Shown in pieces: positions 33,101 through 47,054 of a DNA stretch of 64,000 bases. Source of the DNA: Puccinia triticina (taxonomy: Eukaryota). Position 1 is the first letter of the stretch. Each line of letters starts with the position of its first letter. The notes under the pieces are model-generated. The model was not told the origin of the DNA. It saw nothing but the letters and a program-made list of their open reading frames with translations, and ran no database searches. The DNA is taken from assembly GCA_026914245.1 (NCBI GenBank), contig CP110439.1:7626001-7690000 (forward strand), in the 5' to 3' direction. The position numbers were made by a program, and so were the translations under genes.

Positions 33101-36100
33101 TATGGGGCAAATCGATCTCCATACGTCGCTGGCAAGAAAACCAATAGCGAAATGAATCCTTCACGAACAAACGCCTTAGGACTACTGGTGTTTGTGATGA
33201 TGTCAGGCAGAAGATCATCGAGCTTTTCAGTCCCGAGGCCTGACATGATTTCACTGAGGCCTTGAGCAGCTCCTTGTTGATCGACACCAGGAACCTCGGT
33301 CCTGAGAGTATCGAAGAGGGAAGGAACCAATTCGGGAAAGCTTTCTTCACCTAAACGCTCGACTAAGCTGCCAAGAGCTTTTGCCGCAGTGGCTCGGGCC
33401 TCCGGCACTAATGATCGATTGTCAGCAAGCTGCCGGCAAGCTCGATGTGAGTTATTAGGAACATACCTGGATCAACCAAAACTTGTCTTACTCGGGGCAT
33501 TAATTGGGGAAGGTAGGGCGAAAGATCCTTAGCTTCTGTAAGAGTTGCCAAGTTGCCAACGATCTGGGTGGCTTTTCGTTTGATGTCTGCACTTCTTTCC
33601 CGAAGACCTCTCTCAATGATAGGGACAATGAGAGCAAGGGAAGAAGTATCCACATAGTGCACGAAAGCCGTGCCCAACAGATTGTCCAACGCTTTGCCAG
33701 TTTTCCGAGCTGGGTCGACTAAGGCGGCTAAGAGAATGTTTTGCATCGCTGAGATCTCGGGGTTGGACACAACCTCTCCGAATTTCTTGAGACTGTTGTT
33801 GGCAGCGGCGCGAACTTGCGCGTGAGTATCGGTCAGTACTTCCGTTAGGCGAGGAATGATTGTCGGAAGTGACATTGAGAGCTGTTTCGGCGCTAGATAC
33901 GCCATGGCGCCCATCAATTCGATAGCACCCTTTTTAGTTCTCCATTGTTTGTCATCCAATCCATTGAGCAAAGATGGCAATATCAATTTGACGGCATGCC
34001 CCGAGAGCCCACGCATGATTTCTCTGGCGGTATCTTGGATGGCTTCCCGAACTTCAGTTGCACTATCTCCAAATGCGGCCAACATAGCGGATGTTGTTGG
34101 GATCAAGTACGGTTCAAACAGACGGCCCAGCGAGCTCGCCAATATTTCGAACGCAAATAGAGCTCCTTGTCGAGCACGAGAGTTCTTCTTATCTTCCAAT
34201 GCATCACGTAAGCGATCAACGATCGAAAATTCTTGTATGGACGTAATACCACGCCCTTTGATAGCCCCTGCCAATCCGTAAGCTGATCCTCTCCGCTCGG
34301 CATATTTCGGGGCATTCAGGGTATCGTCGAGAAGTCGTTGAATGAGGATAGGTACCTGCTCTCTTCGGAGGCGCACCAACGGTGGCAGACAGTCGGATAC
34401 CGCGCTTTGGACCACCTCAGACGGAGTTTTGAGTGCATCGACCAAGCGCGTTATCACTTCCTTCAACCTTTCGTCATCTGCTCGAAGATGGCGAGCCACC
34501 CTTCCAAAAAGAAGAACAGCTGCTTCTGTGATGTGATCCGCAGCGTCTGTGCCAGTCCCTCCTCGGGTGAGGATATCTTCAAGAATGGAAATGAGTTTTT
34601 CAAGGTGTTCAGATCCCCTTAAATCTATTGCCGCATTGCCGGCCTATTGAATTGAAGATTCGAGGATTTAACAGGCAGCAAGCCCAACGAGAATTCGAAG
34701 TGGGTAGATAACTTACAGCAAGCATTCGAGTGCGGACCTCTTCGTTTCTGTCACCCAGAGCTTTCTGGGCAACAAGGAAATCAAACAATGGTAATATGTC
34801 ATCTTTTTCCCAAGAGGGCGCGAGTAAGCAAAGCGCGTGTGCCTGTGCGAGCCGGTGCTGCCAAGGATCATTTCGGTCTAGTGATTCGGGTATGATCATT
34901 CCAAACTTATCATATTCGGGCACCAGCTCTCTTGCCTAAAAAGAATAGTAGAAGCAGATGTTAGAGCTACAAGATTGTTTTTGCAACTGGATGACATACA
35001 AGATATTCGTAGCGAGTGGAGATTTCTGCCAGTGCGACTTTGGCTAGATGCGGATAGATTTGAACAGTCTCAGCAACTGATTTTGCAGCTGCGTTTCTGA
35101 TGGCAGGGGTGTGATGTTCTAAGAAGAATAGTTTGTTAATACAGGTCTCTTCAGTGTTTTATTTGATCACTTGACTCACCGAATAGCTGCAACAGCGATG
35201 AAAGACAGCTTTCAGGGGTTTGGAGTCCATTTTCTAGCCACAGGTCAGAAGCTAAGTTCGCGTTTCGTTCATCTTCATCGTGACAGGCTATCCACAGCTC
35301 GAGGGACCATCCAATATCGGTCATATCCAACGGCTAAACCAAAGATATGTCAGCCCGCAGTTGGTTTGAAGTTACGTTCAGATCAGGAATATTAACTTAC
35401 TTGAGCAGCTTGTAACGCGGCATATCTGGCTTGCGATTCCGCTGAAAGAAATCCCAATGCTAAGGTGTGGATGTCTTGGTCGGTTGCATCAGGCGAGGCA
35501 GCGGATACAACGGCAACGAGGGCCGACGTGGCAGCTTTAATCAGCTGTGGATATTTACCGATCACAGCAAGACAATCTTGCATCAATCGTGATCTTAGGT
35601 CCTGTATTTTTGTGGCTGGAAAAGGGTTTAGAAATAGAGATGCATTAAGCTGAAGAGTGACAATCAAATGCTTACCTTCAGGACCCGCAAAGCTGATGAT
35701 GTCCACCGCTAAAGCAATTTGTTCTAAAGATTCTTCAATCTGTGAAGCCATGATGCCCAGGCCTCCTTTGGCGATAACTTGCGAAAGGAGTGGAGCAAAA
35801 TAGCAAAACGTTCGGCAATCTATTGCCTGCTGCTCAGCTAACGATCTGATCTTGTATAAAGTGCGGGTGACCAGGTCTACGGAAGAAGATAAAGATCCAA
35901 GGTTACAATTTTTAGAGGTTTGGTTCCAAGCCATCGTATTGTGCTGACTAACCTGAGAGTGACTCGGCAGTCATATCGGCTGGTACCACTTTGGTTTCTA
36001 GACCTCGTAGAATGCAAATCGTAAGCGGCAGACGAGACGAGCCGAGCCGTTCAGTGCAAAAGTCGCCCATAACCTGACATTGCGGCAAATCGCTTGATCA

Positions 36101-39100
36101 GTTCGGTGGTTAATGTCCAGTTTCATAATATTAATGTACTCACAGAAAATGCTGAAAATCCTTCTGTTGGGTTTAAAGTGACAATTTCAAGTTGTAAGGC
36201 CTTCAAACATATATCTACGAGTGATGCCGCGTAGTCTGTGAGGAAATTCTCGGACGCTTTGCGGGCTTGCATCAGGCTATGGATCAAGCAGAATCCGTGC
36301 TTGAGTTTCGCCAAGGCCTCCTTAACTTGATCTCGCACATCCGCTTCTTTCGAAAGCTGTGCATCAACTAGAGCCTTTTCGGCTTTTGTCAAGATCTTGG
36401 CACCACCGGCTTTTTTCGCCTCGATACTCGCCCTCAGCTCTTGCTCCCATTTTTCAATTGAGTCTTGCCCACCTTTGTCTTGGACTTGATTCTTCTGTGG
36501 GGCAAGAACTGCGATGGGACATTGGTCAAACAGAAAAGAGGCTGAATAATTTATAGTTAAAACTGTGAGAAGAGAGATGGATTGAAGACGGACCATCGTG
36601 AAACGTTTGCCCGGGCGGAGTATTCCAGACGCCTAGCTCAAACGTGCCTATGTGAGCGAATTTCTGAGGATCCAAAGATTCCCTCACATACTCTGAAATT
36701 TCAGGAAAGGCAATCCGGGGAGTCACGAGGCACATCGTGGTCACCGCCCGATAAGCGGCATCGGAGAGCTTGCTACTTTCTGAAGAGACTGCGGTTATTG
36801 AGTCTTGAATGTGTTGTGTCAAGCGTTTAAAGTTGGAAGAGGTTACTTCTTCCGGGTCGAGTGCCGCTGCACGCACAAGGCTTATCCAGAAGGAAGAAGA
36901 ATCGTCTGTGGACAATGGAGATTCCAAGTCAGCATCTAAATCATGCCCACTATGTATTGTGAAAGGATGAAGCTTGCCTACGACCTGATGGTGCGACGTT
37001 ACGAAGCTCTCAACCAGCAGCTCGCGCCGTACGTCTTCACTCATATCTTTGGTATTTTTGAACAATGATGCCAAAAGACTTCTCAGTCGTGCACCTAACA
37101 CTGGACTGTTGAAGAGATCGTGGGTAGTACTCTACAATGTGAAACTGGAATGAATTAACAATGAATAATACTAGCCGTTAGAAGATGCACGAAGCTTGCC
37201 TTGATTGCTTGCGTTCGCAACCCTTCCATTAAAAATTGGCAAACCAGTTGAGGATCTCGTTTGAACCATTCGCTTGTCAACTCGGATATCAGTTTTCGTG
37301 TCTCATGGCTAAGGCATTCGAGGCAGAGAAAAAGCACCGCCTGAGCAAATAAGTTTCTTGAAACACAAGAATAGAAAAGAAGAGATGAGCCATATGTTGT
37401 ATATGAAGTTCATGTGCACCAATACAATAATATACCTAAACACTGGGTCTCGAGCTAGCTCCGATTTGAATTTTTCAAGAATTGAATCGAGTGCCCGAGA
37501 AAGCCACATACTTTCATCCGGCGAAGCAGTCGCTTTTCGATAGATACGATCTAGAAACAAAAAGCTGGGCTTCGGAGTCCCCACTGCGAGAGAACATAGG
37601 ACGGGGTTATTCTTCCACATAGTTTGAATGACTGTGTGATGACGAAGCAGTGATGAGCCGCATAAGGCAACAGCAATATATCCCTCCAAAGGGCCTCCGG
37701 CAGATGCAAGCGGATTGGTTGATGCGTTTTTGAGATTGGCTTCCAGCGCTTTTGCCAGTGGAGCCAGGAGGGAAGGATAGATCTGCGGCTGCATGGGCGT
37801 GTATGTAGAAGCTTGACGATCCTGGCCATCCGTAACTTGGGGATCATGCCGACTAGGGCGCCAAAATGAGAGTCCAATCGCTGAGCATACTGTTTTTCGA
37901 ATCAACGGCTTAGGGTCTTGCATACTCTTGCACATAGCTTGAACAGCTGCCGATTCGATTTCAAGTCCGGAATCAATCAAGAACTTCAGATGACGTTGGA
38001 TCGTCGCACTGACACTGATGAGAGCATTTTCGTTGGTTTCCTTGCCCAGCAGGTCGCAGCACAACTTAATCAAGGACGGCGAGAATGATGTCTTGGGCTT
38101 CAGAGAGGCTAACGCATTCAACAGTGTTGCGCGGTGTTCAGGACTCGAGGTTTTGCCAGTCTTGATCGGCAAACTGATTTCTTCGACCACTTTCAGGAGT
38201 ACATCAGAATCTTCATGTCCAAAAACCGTTTCAAAGAGTGCCAGAGAAGATTTCCTGGTTTCTGGATTACTGCTCTTACTAGATGACATGATCGCAGGTA
38301 AAAATGTGATGCTCACTTCTCCTGGAAGACGAAGAGTTGACATGCTTATGAATTGCGTCAAAGCTGGTAAGGCAACCTCAGGAGAACGTAAGAGAAATTT
38401 GGTGGCAGGTGCGATCACAGTCTCAGTAAAATCGTCTTGAGTCAAAATTTGCTGAGAAAAATCGCGAAATGCGGATGTTGTCCATGGAGGCAACAATGAT
38501 CGGGAACCCAATATTTGGGCGATCCACCAATCGAGGATACGACTCTAAATGATAACAAAAGTATCATGAGACTAGTTCATGTTTATTCAGCTCTAGAAGA
38601 CACACCTTGAAAGTCACTGCATAACCCACGCCCACTCCATCACGGGCACCTTTAACAGGTTCTTTGCCAACCCTCAGTCTCAAAGAAACATCGATGACCA
38701 CGCCTAGCAAGCTAGCATTTACACTCGGAGAGGTTGAGCAGGTTAGGATTTCAAAAAGTCTGGGGATTTCTTTTTGATTCTACGCGAGAGGCAAACAAAA
38801 ATCAGTAATGGCTCGGTTTGAAGGACTCCGCCAGTAAGCTTTACTTACATTCCTGATTGTTCTTCTCACAATCACAGTACCAGACTTTTGGAAGGCGGGT
38901 CGATTATCCTTGGGATCTTGCATCGAGTCCAGCAAATTGCCGAGAGCATTGACCAGGATAGTGATTGACGATGAATCTTGGGAAGATTGACTAGCCAAGT
39001 GTGAGAATGAATTTTCAAGGAGTGCCGCCGTCCATACGAGAAGAGCTAAACGAGTGCTAGCTGCACTGCAGCCCCCGCTATGAGATTTACCGCATGACTT

Positions 39101-39637
39101 TGAGGCTTCCTGTGAGATCCACTTGATGACAGTGTTTCTGAGTCCGAAGGAGGGGGAGTCTGATGAAATTTCGTCGCTCTTTTCGATGAGAGCAATAAGC
39201 ACAGAGATGACAGCTTTCCTCGAGTCGGTATCATCGTAGCGAGGAATCGTCTGGAATAGCACCTTGAGTAACTCGGATACTTCCAGGATCGAAGGGGATT
39301 TGACTTTGCGTATCAGCGGAAGGAGTTCATCTCGTAGGAAAGGGATCCTTATTGACAACTTGGTAGTAATTATTTTTGGTCTGCCTTGCTGGATGGCCGT
39401 CTCCCAGGTGAGCCTGTCTGATACGGGTAGGTCGTCTTCGTCCTCGTCATCAACTCCAGAAGCCGATGCGGTACTTGATGAGATCCATTTTTGAATTAAC
39501 TCTTTATCTGGTGGCATTTCCTGTGTCACTGCTCTGTGATTTTGTGTAAGGCGATGTATTCTCGTTGCTATCGTCGGTCGGTTTTCAAGAATATTGGTGA
39601 TCGTCCACTCGACTTGTGGTTCTTGGTAATCGTCCAC
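30182..39637 (-). CDS. GCN1: eIF2-alpha kinase activator GCN1 (large HEAT-repeat protein), multi-exon
   Basis: Motifs [110 protein letters not shown] and [18 protein letters not shown]. Confidence 0.96.
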
Positions 39638-40108
39638 TCGACTTGGGGTTCTTGGGAGGTGGGTGATCGGAAGAATGGTATTTTGAATAGAAGGGGGTCA
39701 AACCAGATGCATTTTCGCTGTTGCGTACACCCCCGAGCAAGTACATACTCGAGGAGGAATTCCTGTGGGCATCTTTTATTTTAACACAACTAGAATTCTA
39801 TTTTTTGGCATGAATAATTATGCCATACTCAAACGATTCATCCTCTCTTGCAAAGGGCCAAGAGAGTCAAGAAGCTCATGGTTGCATCACACACACCTTC
39901 CAGGCCTAAATTGAAAATGCCACACTCTGCCCTCTCTACGCGAGTGATGAAACCCCTGTTGCATTTTTGGAGAGTCCCTGCGGGAAAGCATCCCCATTCC
40001 AAAAATAGGGGGACTTGTTTAGTTAAGTAAGGTGGTTTCCGGGGGCACCCTTTGGTGTGAATGTGTGATCTTACATTATTGTTGACAAGGTGAGTTGAGA
40101 ACTTCCCT

Positions 40109-42580
40109 TCAGGCAACATGAGCACATAACTGATACTTCCAGCCTCCAGGAATCTTACAAAGGCCAAGGAATGATATTTGCTGCTTCATTACTTTTTCAT
40201 ACTTGAAAAGAACATGAATACTGACTGGATACCTGGATAACACTTCATCTAAAAAAGACTCAAGCAAAAAAACCATCTCATGAAGTGAGAAGAACAGCAA
40301 CAAATCCCAAGAAAGTGAAACACTTCAAATTGGGGAGTTTCAGAGAAAAAAGAGATATAAAAAGGCTGATCAAGTTTCTGCAAGACTGTGTACACTTTGA
40401 TTGCTTTTGACTTTTTCTCGTTTAAAAATATTTGTGAGTACAAGCTTAGAAATAATAAAAAACAAGATGGTCAAAGTTTAATCTCTCAATTTTTTTTCAT
40501 GAAGGAAGTCTTTGATGAATTGTATAGCTGTTTCATTAGCTTCAATCTCAGCTTCACCTGCTTGGAATATTTGACCAATTATGACTTGATCTTCTAGCCA
40601 ATTTGAAATGTGTGGATTCTCCATTGTAGATTTGTACAAGTTTTTGAATTCTGAAAACTTAGTCTTTGAATTTTGATGATTATTTTCTAGAATCAAATCT
40701 ATCTCATGAAGCTCCATTTCTGAATTTTTATAATCAAGTAAGCTCTTAAATGCAGTATGTTCAAATGTAGTAGCTTCAAAAGCTTTCAAGTAACACACTA
40801 TCAACTTGTGTTTATTTTTAAAATCCTCCGATTTTTGATGTGCATCTTCTGATATGAGTTGTACAATGCCGTGAAAACAATTTCTTTCCACAAATTCCAA
40901 GTATAGATGAATTGCATAAACCAGTTGTGATTTTGAAAATGTGACTTCCTCAGCAAGTGGTTCAACTTCAAGTGGTTTATCAAGTGTTGTTTTCAAGATC
41001 ATACTTAAGTTTTTAATTAGTCCCTCTGGAGGTGGATGCATCAACCCTTGACCATTTTTTAACCTTTTGATTGAATCCATGCTATTCTTATTTGAATCAT
41101 TAATAGCTTGCAGCTGTGAATGGAATCCCTGATGACTGAAGTTTTGTGTGAAAGTTTGCCATCCTGAAAATGGCCTACCCAATTCTTCACACAACATCCC
41201 ACCAAAATGGTAGATTTTTTCCACTAGGAAATTTGCATTGATGTTTTTTTCCTCTTCTTCTGCAATTAATTTATGAAAAAAGCAAAATATGCCAATGGAT
41301 ATTCTCAGAGTCTAGAGAGAATAAATCACAAGAAAAATGTGACTAGGATTGACATACCATCAAGAGAGTACTTTGAAAAAGGCCAATTTGGAATTTGGGT
41401 AATTGATGAAACTGATTCAAATGTGATATCTTCATCTTCAGTATCACCAATACAGGAAATAGTGTAGTAAATTATTGGCTTCATCATCTTGGAGTTTTGG
41501 AAGGCACTTCTTATAGATTCTTCATTGATGAAGCCTTCCTTGAACCACAAATCCATTGTTTTGAATACATACTTCCAGAGAACTGGATTGTAGGATTTTG
41601 AAGCCTCAGTGAAATCCTGGTGTTTGTAACCAAAAAGCAATCCCTCCATTTTCTCCCATAACTTCTTGCTGTAGCTGAACCAGAAATTGTTTGATGGGAA
41701 AATTTCAATACTTTCATTAGGAAAATGTTTAAGCCATTCTCCCTTTATATTGTTGTCTAAGATGAGCCTTAATTTCAGATCCAAACTAACTTGGCCCAGC
41801 TCGAATAGCTTGGCTTGTTTGATGAGAGAAGCAGACTTCCCGGCTAACTTAAGAAGACTACTTGTCGAGGAAAACTGATTATCATTTTGAAACGGATGAT
41901 CTTTTAAACTCCGATCTTCCACCAGATGTTGCAAATCCAAGCGAATAAGCTCAAGCTCTTCTGACTCCTCACAAAGCGAGATAACCGTCTCTAAAAATGT
42001 GGAATCTCCTCTATCAATCAGCTATTCAAGCATCAATGAAATCAAGCAAAAGCTTACCTTTCTTTTCTTTCCAGTTCTCTATTACCATTGAACCTGTGAA
42101 GAAGATTCCAATTAATTCTAGAGTTGGTTGCAAGACTACTACTTGGCAGGGCCTAATGAAGAGACTCACGATCCTCAGATGACAAAGATCTCAATAGGGG
42201 TGAATCATCGATTAATTTCTCAAAAACCTTCAGACCTTTTCTGGAAGAAATAGCCGATGGATGTCGTTTTAAACGGTATGGTTCCCAAGAAGTAGTACTT
42301 TGTCTCTCTTGCTGGGTGAAGGTAAGCGCTATGAATGGTTTTGAGCAGAATTTGGTGTTAATCAGTAAGCATCATTGATTCCCATTGGATGAAGGTCAGC
42401 GAAAAGGAATGTACCATCGCTTATTGATGGATCACTTGTCTCCCTAGGTTCCACCAAGAGGCTTGTGGCCTTAGGTATCCCAATTATCTCCACCTCATCT
42501 GGGTCCGCTATTGATGATGGTCTGGTAATCACTCCACATGCCATTAGGATCAGGCTCACAAGGATGGACCGGGACCGCAT
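40109..42580 (-). CDS. Lineage-specific putative secreted protein (multi-exon; 3' end uncertain, could extend to about 39840)
   Basis: MRSRSILVSLILMACGVITRP is signal-peptide-like; long helical exons lie at 41326-41990 and 40478-41224. Organisation resembles the gene at 24606-26040. Confidence 0.65.
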
Positions 42581-44349
42581 ATGCTCATAGACCAACGGTT
42601 AAACTTGAAGTAGAAATATCCCAAGGATTTGGGAGAACAGCCGTGGAAATATATTGGGCGCTGATCCTAAGGAAAGCTTCTGGTATGCAATTTATGAGTC
42701 GTAGAACAGAAGATATTTTCTCTGACAATAGTCTAAGCTCAATCAAAGAAATAGGTGGTATAGAGTACTTGGTTGCTAGGATTTTTGCCTCGAAGTTTGC
42801 AACTGGGGGCATACGTGCAGGGATGAGAAGCCGTGAGGCGACATGATATTCATGGTCTGGTACGGCCGGTGTAGCTTGAAACTAAAATGTGTCTCTTTCA
42901 CAAACTGAAACTCTAGGAAACGTCACATCAAGCAGCATCAGGCTCATGAGCGCAATGTGCCAAAATTGCGTTCGTGGTGTATTTATGTATGTGTTTAATG
43001 CGATGGCCTGGTCCTGAGGCGGTGGACCCAAGACATGCCACCAATGCCGCAGGCAAAAGCATCTAACAACTGAGTCACTCTGAAATTTGAGGGGGAGGCC
43101 GTCCCGCAGAGCCTTTACCAAATGTGACAAACGGTCTACTACTCCGCCTGGGGAGCGAGGGAATTAAGTTGAGTAAGAGAGGCGGTGTGATTGTGGGTGA
43201 GATGTCATTGACTTGAAACTGATCCCGGTGACACTAGGGCCTAGGCCAAGCCGGCTTGACGGTGCGCTCCAACACATACCAGTTCCCGGACCGCAGTGTC
43301 CGAAAACAGCTGGTACCGGTAAGCTTACCGGGTACTTCCAACGGATATAAACTTTTGGCTGGTGTTATGTAAATATCATCCCAAAGAATTTGAAGAAAGA
43401 AAGAAAAGAAAAAAAAGTGCTCTGAGGACCCTTTCGGCTTGTTGACTCACTGCTTGCCCTCACCAGCGGTGCTAGTCTCTAGTTCAGATGGTATCCGTGG
43501 GCAATGGACATCATATCGTGTGAGGTATGGGCCCATGTACCTATCCGAGAGTAAAAGTGTCAGTTGCTCATACGAAGCTGTTGCAAACGTATTTAAATAA
43601 AAACTCTCTGCATACATTTTCTTCAGAAGGGTTTGAGTGGTCTGTCGGTACACAGTCCGGTTCGATGTTTGCAGGACAGTCTTCGGGAGTCGGCACGCCG
43701 ACCAATCAGAGTAGACTGGTGCTCGATTCGGGCGGCACTGAATGGTTGAATATTGTGAGGCATGCCTCCAAAGAGCAAGCTTGGTGGTTGAACAAGGGAG
43801 CCCACTAACCCGCTTGGCTGATTGGAGCAACGGCACAGGCGGCCGGCGACGCACCCAACGAAGTTGACCGGCCATCCCTAGTCACCCTGGCCAATGAGCA
43901 TAGCCATCTCGGTTATTGAAGGGGTACACCACCAACGGCTTGCGTGGTGGTTCAAGGGGAGCTGTCCGGCAGACGGCATTGGCCTCCAACCGATAACTTG
44001 AGGGTCGGAGCTTGCAGGTGTCAAGTCATTCATCCCTGGCCGGTAAGGGAGGCAGTCACCTCCAACGACCGTTGAGGCCAGTATGACGGCCAAAAAGGGA
44101 TTCATCTCCGATAATGATAACGTTTTTCAACTCGAGCCCGCGGAATCGGCTTCGAAGCAGGCTGGCACTGGCTGAAGGCTGTGCGACACCCACGCCACCT
44201 ATTTGTCGATGTCGGGATACATAAACAACGCAGTCAGTGATTGGATGCATACACACCAGTTTCATCTTTTTCTTCCGCTCCCAATCTTCGCCGTTCACTG
44301 ACCCAGTAGCAAAACCCATTCAGACACAGAACCTTCCCAACGACGAAGG

Positions 44350-46534
44350 ATGAATCGCAATGTTGGTGCCGAGAGGAACTATTTGATCGGAGCGATCACC
44401 GTGCTGCAGAGCGATCAGCCAAACTCACTCGTCGAGATATGCCTTGAGGAGCCACTGAAAAAACACCCATCGAGCTTGGTCGGCCAGAGTAAGGCACACT
44501 TGAACCAGCCACCGATCCACCTGATCAGACTCATCGGAACGTGGTCTCGCTTGGTCATCGAGGTTCTCAAGCTGGCATCAGAGCTGAAGCTGTACCTGGA
44601 CGTTTACGAACCTCAATTTAACACCGACCACAGTTGGGACTTCCACGACGGTATCCGCGCCGAGCTGCTGATTGCGAACCCTGATGATGCAGACCAAGCG
44701 GCGTGGTTTATCAAGACGATCGATATGCGTAAGGGTTTTGATCGTTGAACTTCATGTTACAAGCAAAGAATGTCCAGCTGACCCATGTGATCGATTTCCT
44801 TGCTCTTAAATCTCCACCAGGTTCACATCTTTCAAGTCATCTGTCCCTCCGATCACCCCAGCCTGGACCCGTACATAATCAAGCACACGCTTCACCCACA
44901 ACCTACTTCGAATCTATGCTGCAACCCACCTCACACGAGCGCAGAGAAACGAGGGGTTTACCCGGATCACGCATGAAACGAAGCTTAGCGGTAGAGGACC
45001 TCTGGGCTGAAGACTCAACGTTTGATCATAATCGACCTGCTCTCTCAGAAAATCAATATACTCCATGCCCAAATAAACGCGTAAGAGTTGGCTCCGGGGA
45101 ATTAAGCCCACATGGCTCTCACCCTCGCGGAGATTCCCGTCGATTGCACACATCGACTCTGCTTTTCTCTACCCCTGATGCTTTAACTCGTCCTGATTCC
45201 TTTAGATTCAATACACAGGTCAATATCCAGATTTCTAGACATGTATACCCACTTCTATACAGCCACCCATCATCCAACTAATTTGATGTCTTATCACAAC
45301 AGCCAGCGGTGCGTTTGAGGACACTAGACGAGATAACACAGATGCAAGGAGGGCCAAGCGAGCCATTCAATGTAATAGCGATCATCGATCAAAGACAGAC
45401 GGACAAATGTTATCAAGTTGCGGGAGGTGCAGCAGATTACAAGATGACGGTTTATCTGACCGACTTCTCGCGACCAATGGGCAGTAAGAATGTCACGTGC
45501 AACTTATTCTGGAAGACGGAAGAGGAGTGTGCGGCCTGGGAGAAGCAAGACTGCGACTGGAAGGTGATCTTCCTCTCAAATGTCCACAAACGGCCCGTGA
45601 ATCACTACCCCGATCAGATAATTGGCATATCGACCTGCTTCCAATATGCCCTCTGGTGTCCTGGAGAGTTCTATTCCTCCAAACCGGTCCTCGAGCAGTT
45701 CAGCTCCCTCTTTGGCTCCACTTTTAACGACTTACTGGCCAAGGCGCTGGCCCTTTATCAACAACTGAAGCAACGATCCGCACCCCAACTACTCCCCCGA
45801 GCCCCCACTCCTCCGGTTCAGTCAGTTCTAAAGACAATATCTGAACTTAAGCTTGATCATCTCGGTGAAAAATTTGATCTGTGTGTTGAGGTGGGCAATT
45901 CTGTTATTATGTTTTCTCCTTATCGTGAAGAATAGGCCTGGCACTTTGGAATAACTTGAGATGATAATTTAACCTGGCTGGAATGCAATTGAGTTGAATC
46001 GGACTAAACCATCTCTGTGTTCTCGATTAGATTGTGGATATCTGGGTCGCAGACAAGGGGAATGACCGGATGACGGTAACAGATTATACGCTGAACCCAG
46101 CGCTGCGTATGAGGGAACCGGCAAACCTTTTCAGCAGTTTAACTTTACCGGTGCCGAGATTCCATCAGGAACACGGGGGTACCTCTTCTAATTGGGGGGT
46201 GACGGCGAACCGGTTGATGTCGGTCTACCTGGAGCCGTCGGTCCTGCGTGCAATTTACAGGCAGTTCGACCAGTCCGACGCAACCAAGGTTCCGTCCATG
46301 TATGACTACCGATACAAATTGCTCGCCCAGGTCGTCGGACTCAAGCAACTCGACCTCCACCCCAACGAGGATAACAGTGACATCAACTTCTATGCCACCA
46401 TGGCCGCTGATTCCACGGACTCCCTCGCCGTCCTTACTGACAGAATCGTCCCCCTCAGCCCCTCGGAGCCGGCCTTTCAAAAGCTGCTCAATGATAAAGA
46501 AATCTACCGGCAGGATATGAGAGAATATGCCTGA
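44350..46534 (+). CDS. POT1-like telomere ssDNA-binding OB-fold protein, about 622 aa, 4 exons
   Basis: Exons 44350-44728, 44821-45218, 45303-45890 and 46031-46534 join in frame. FNVIAII...DYKMTVYLTDFS...VTCNLF resembles POT1 OB1, and LKTISEL...FDLCVEIV...VTDYTLNP resembles POT1 OB2 (POT1PC). Confidence 0.7.
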
Positions 46535-47054
46535 CTGCTCTATCCCCTTCACGTGCTTATATCTCTTTGATGAATTATTATAATATCAACCAACAAATAT
46601 CCATTTCCTGTTAATCTCTGTTCGTTTCTTGGCGCGTCCACCCCTCGCTTGCTCTGCTATCTAATAACCTCTTCACAGCAAAGTTTTCCCTACCTCTAGC
46701 AATTCATTCTTGTTTTCTATATAATCACACTGCCCAGTTAATCTTTCATATACACAATTTCTCGCAAAAAAATAGATGGAACTTAGAAACTCTGATTTAA
46801 TATTTGTGTCTGGATTGTTCAAGCACGAATATTTCAACAAAGATGTTCACATTTCGCCGACTCGCAAGTACATACACGTTAATAATTGGATGTTTTGAGG
46901 TGATGTCGGAACAGATACGAGTTTCTTTCAAGTCATGTTACTTGTGGATATAAGTTTAACTGTGGATGTCGCAGAAGCGATAAGTTAACACCGTCGGCTA
47001 TTTCAAAGATGATCTATCGATACATCTTGTTTTCGAATGGGGATATTTAACAGA

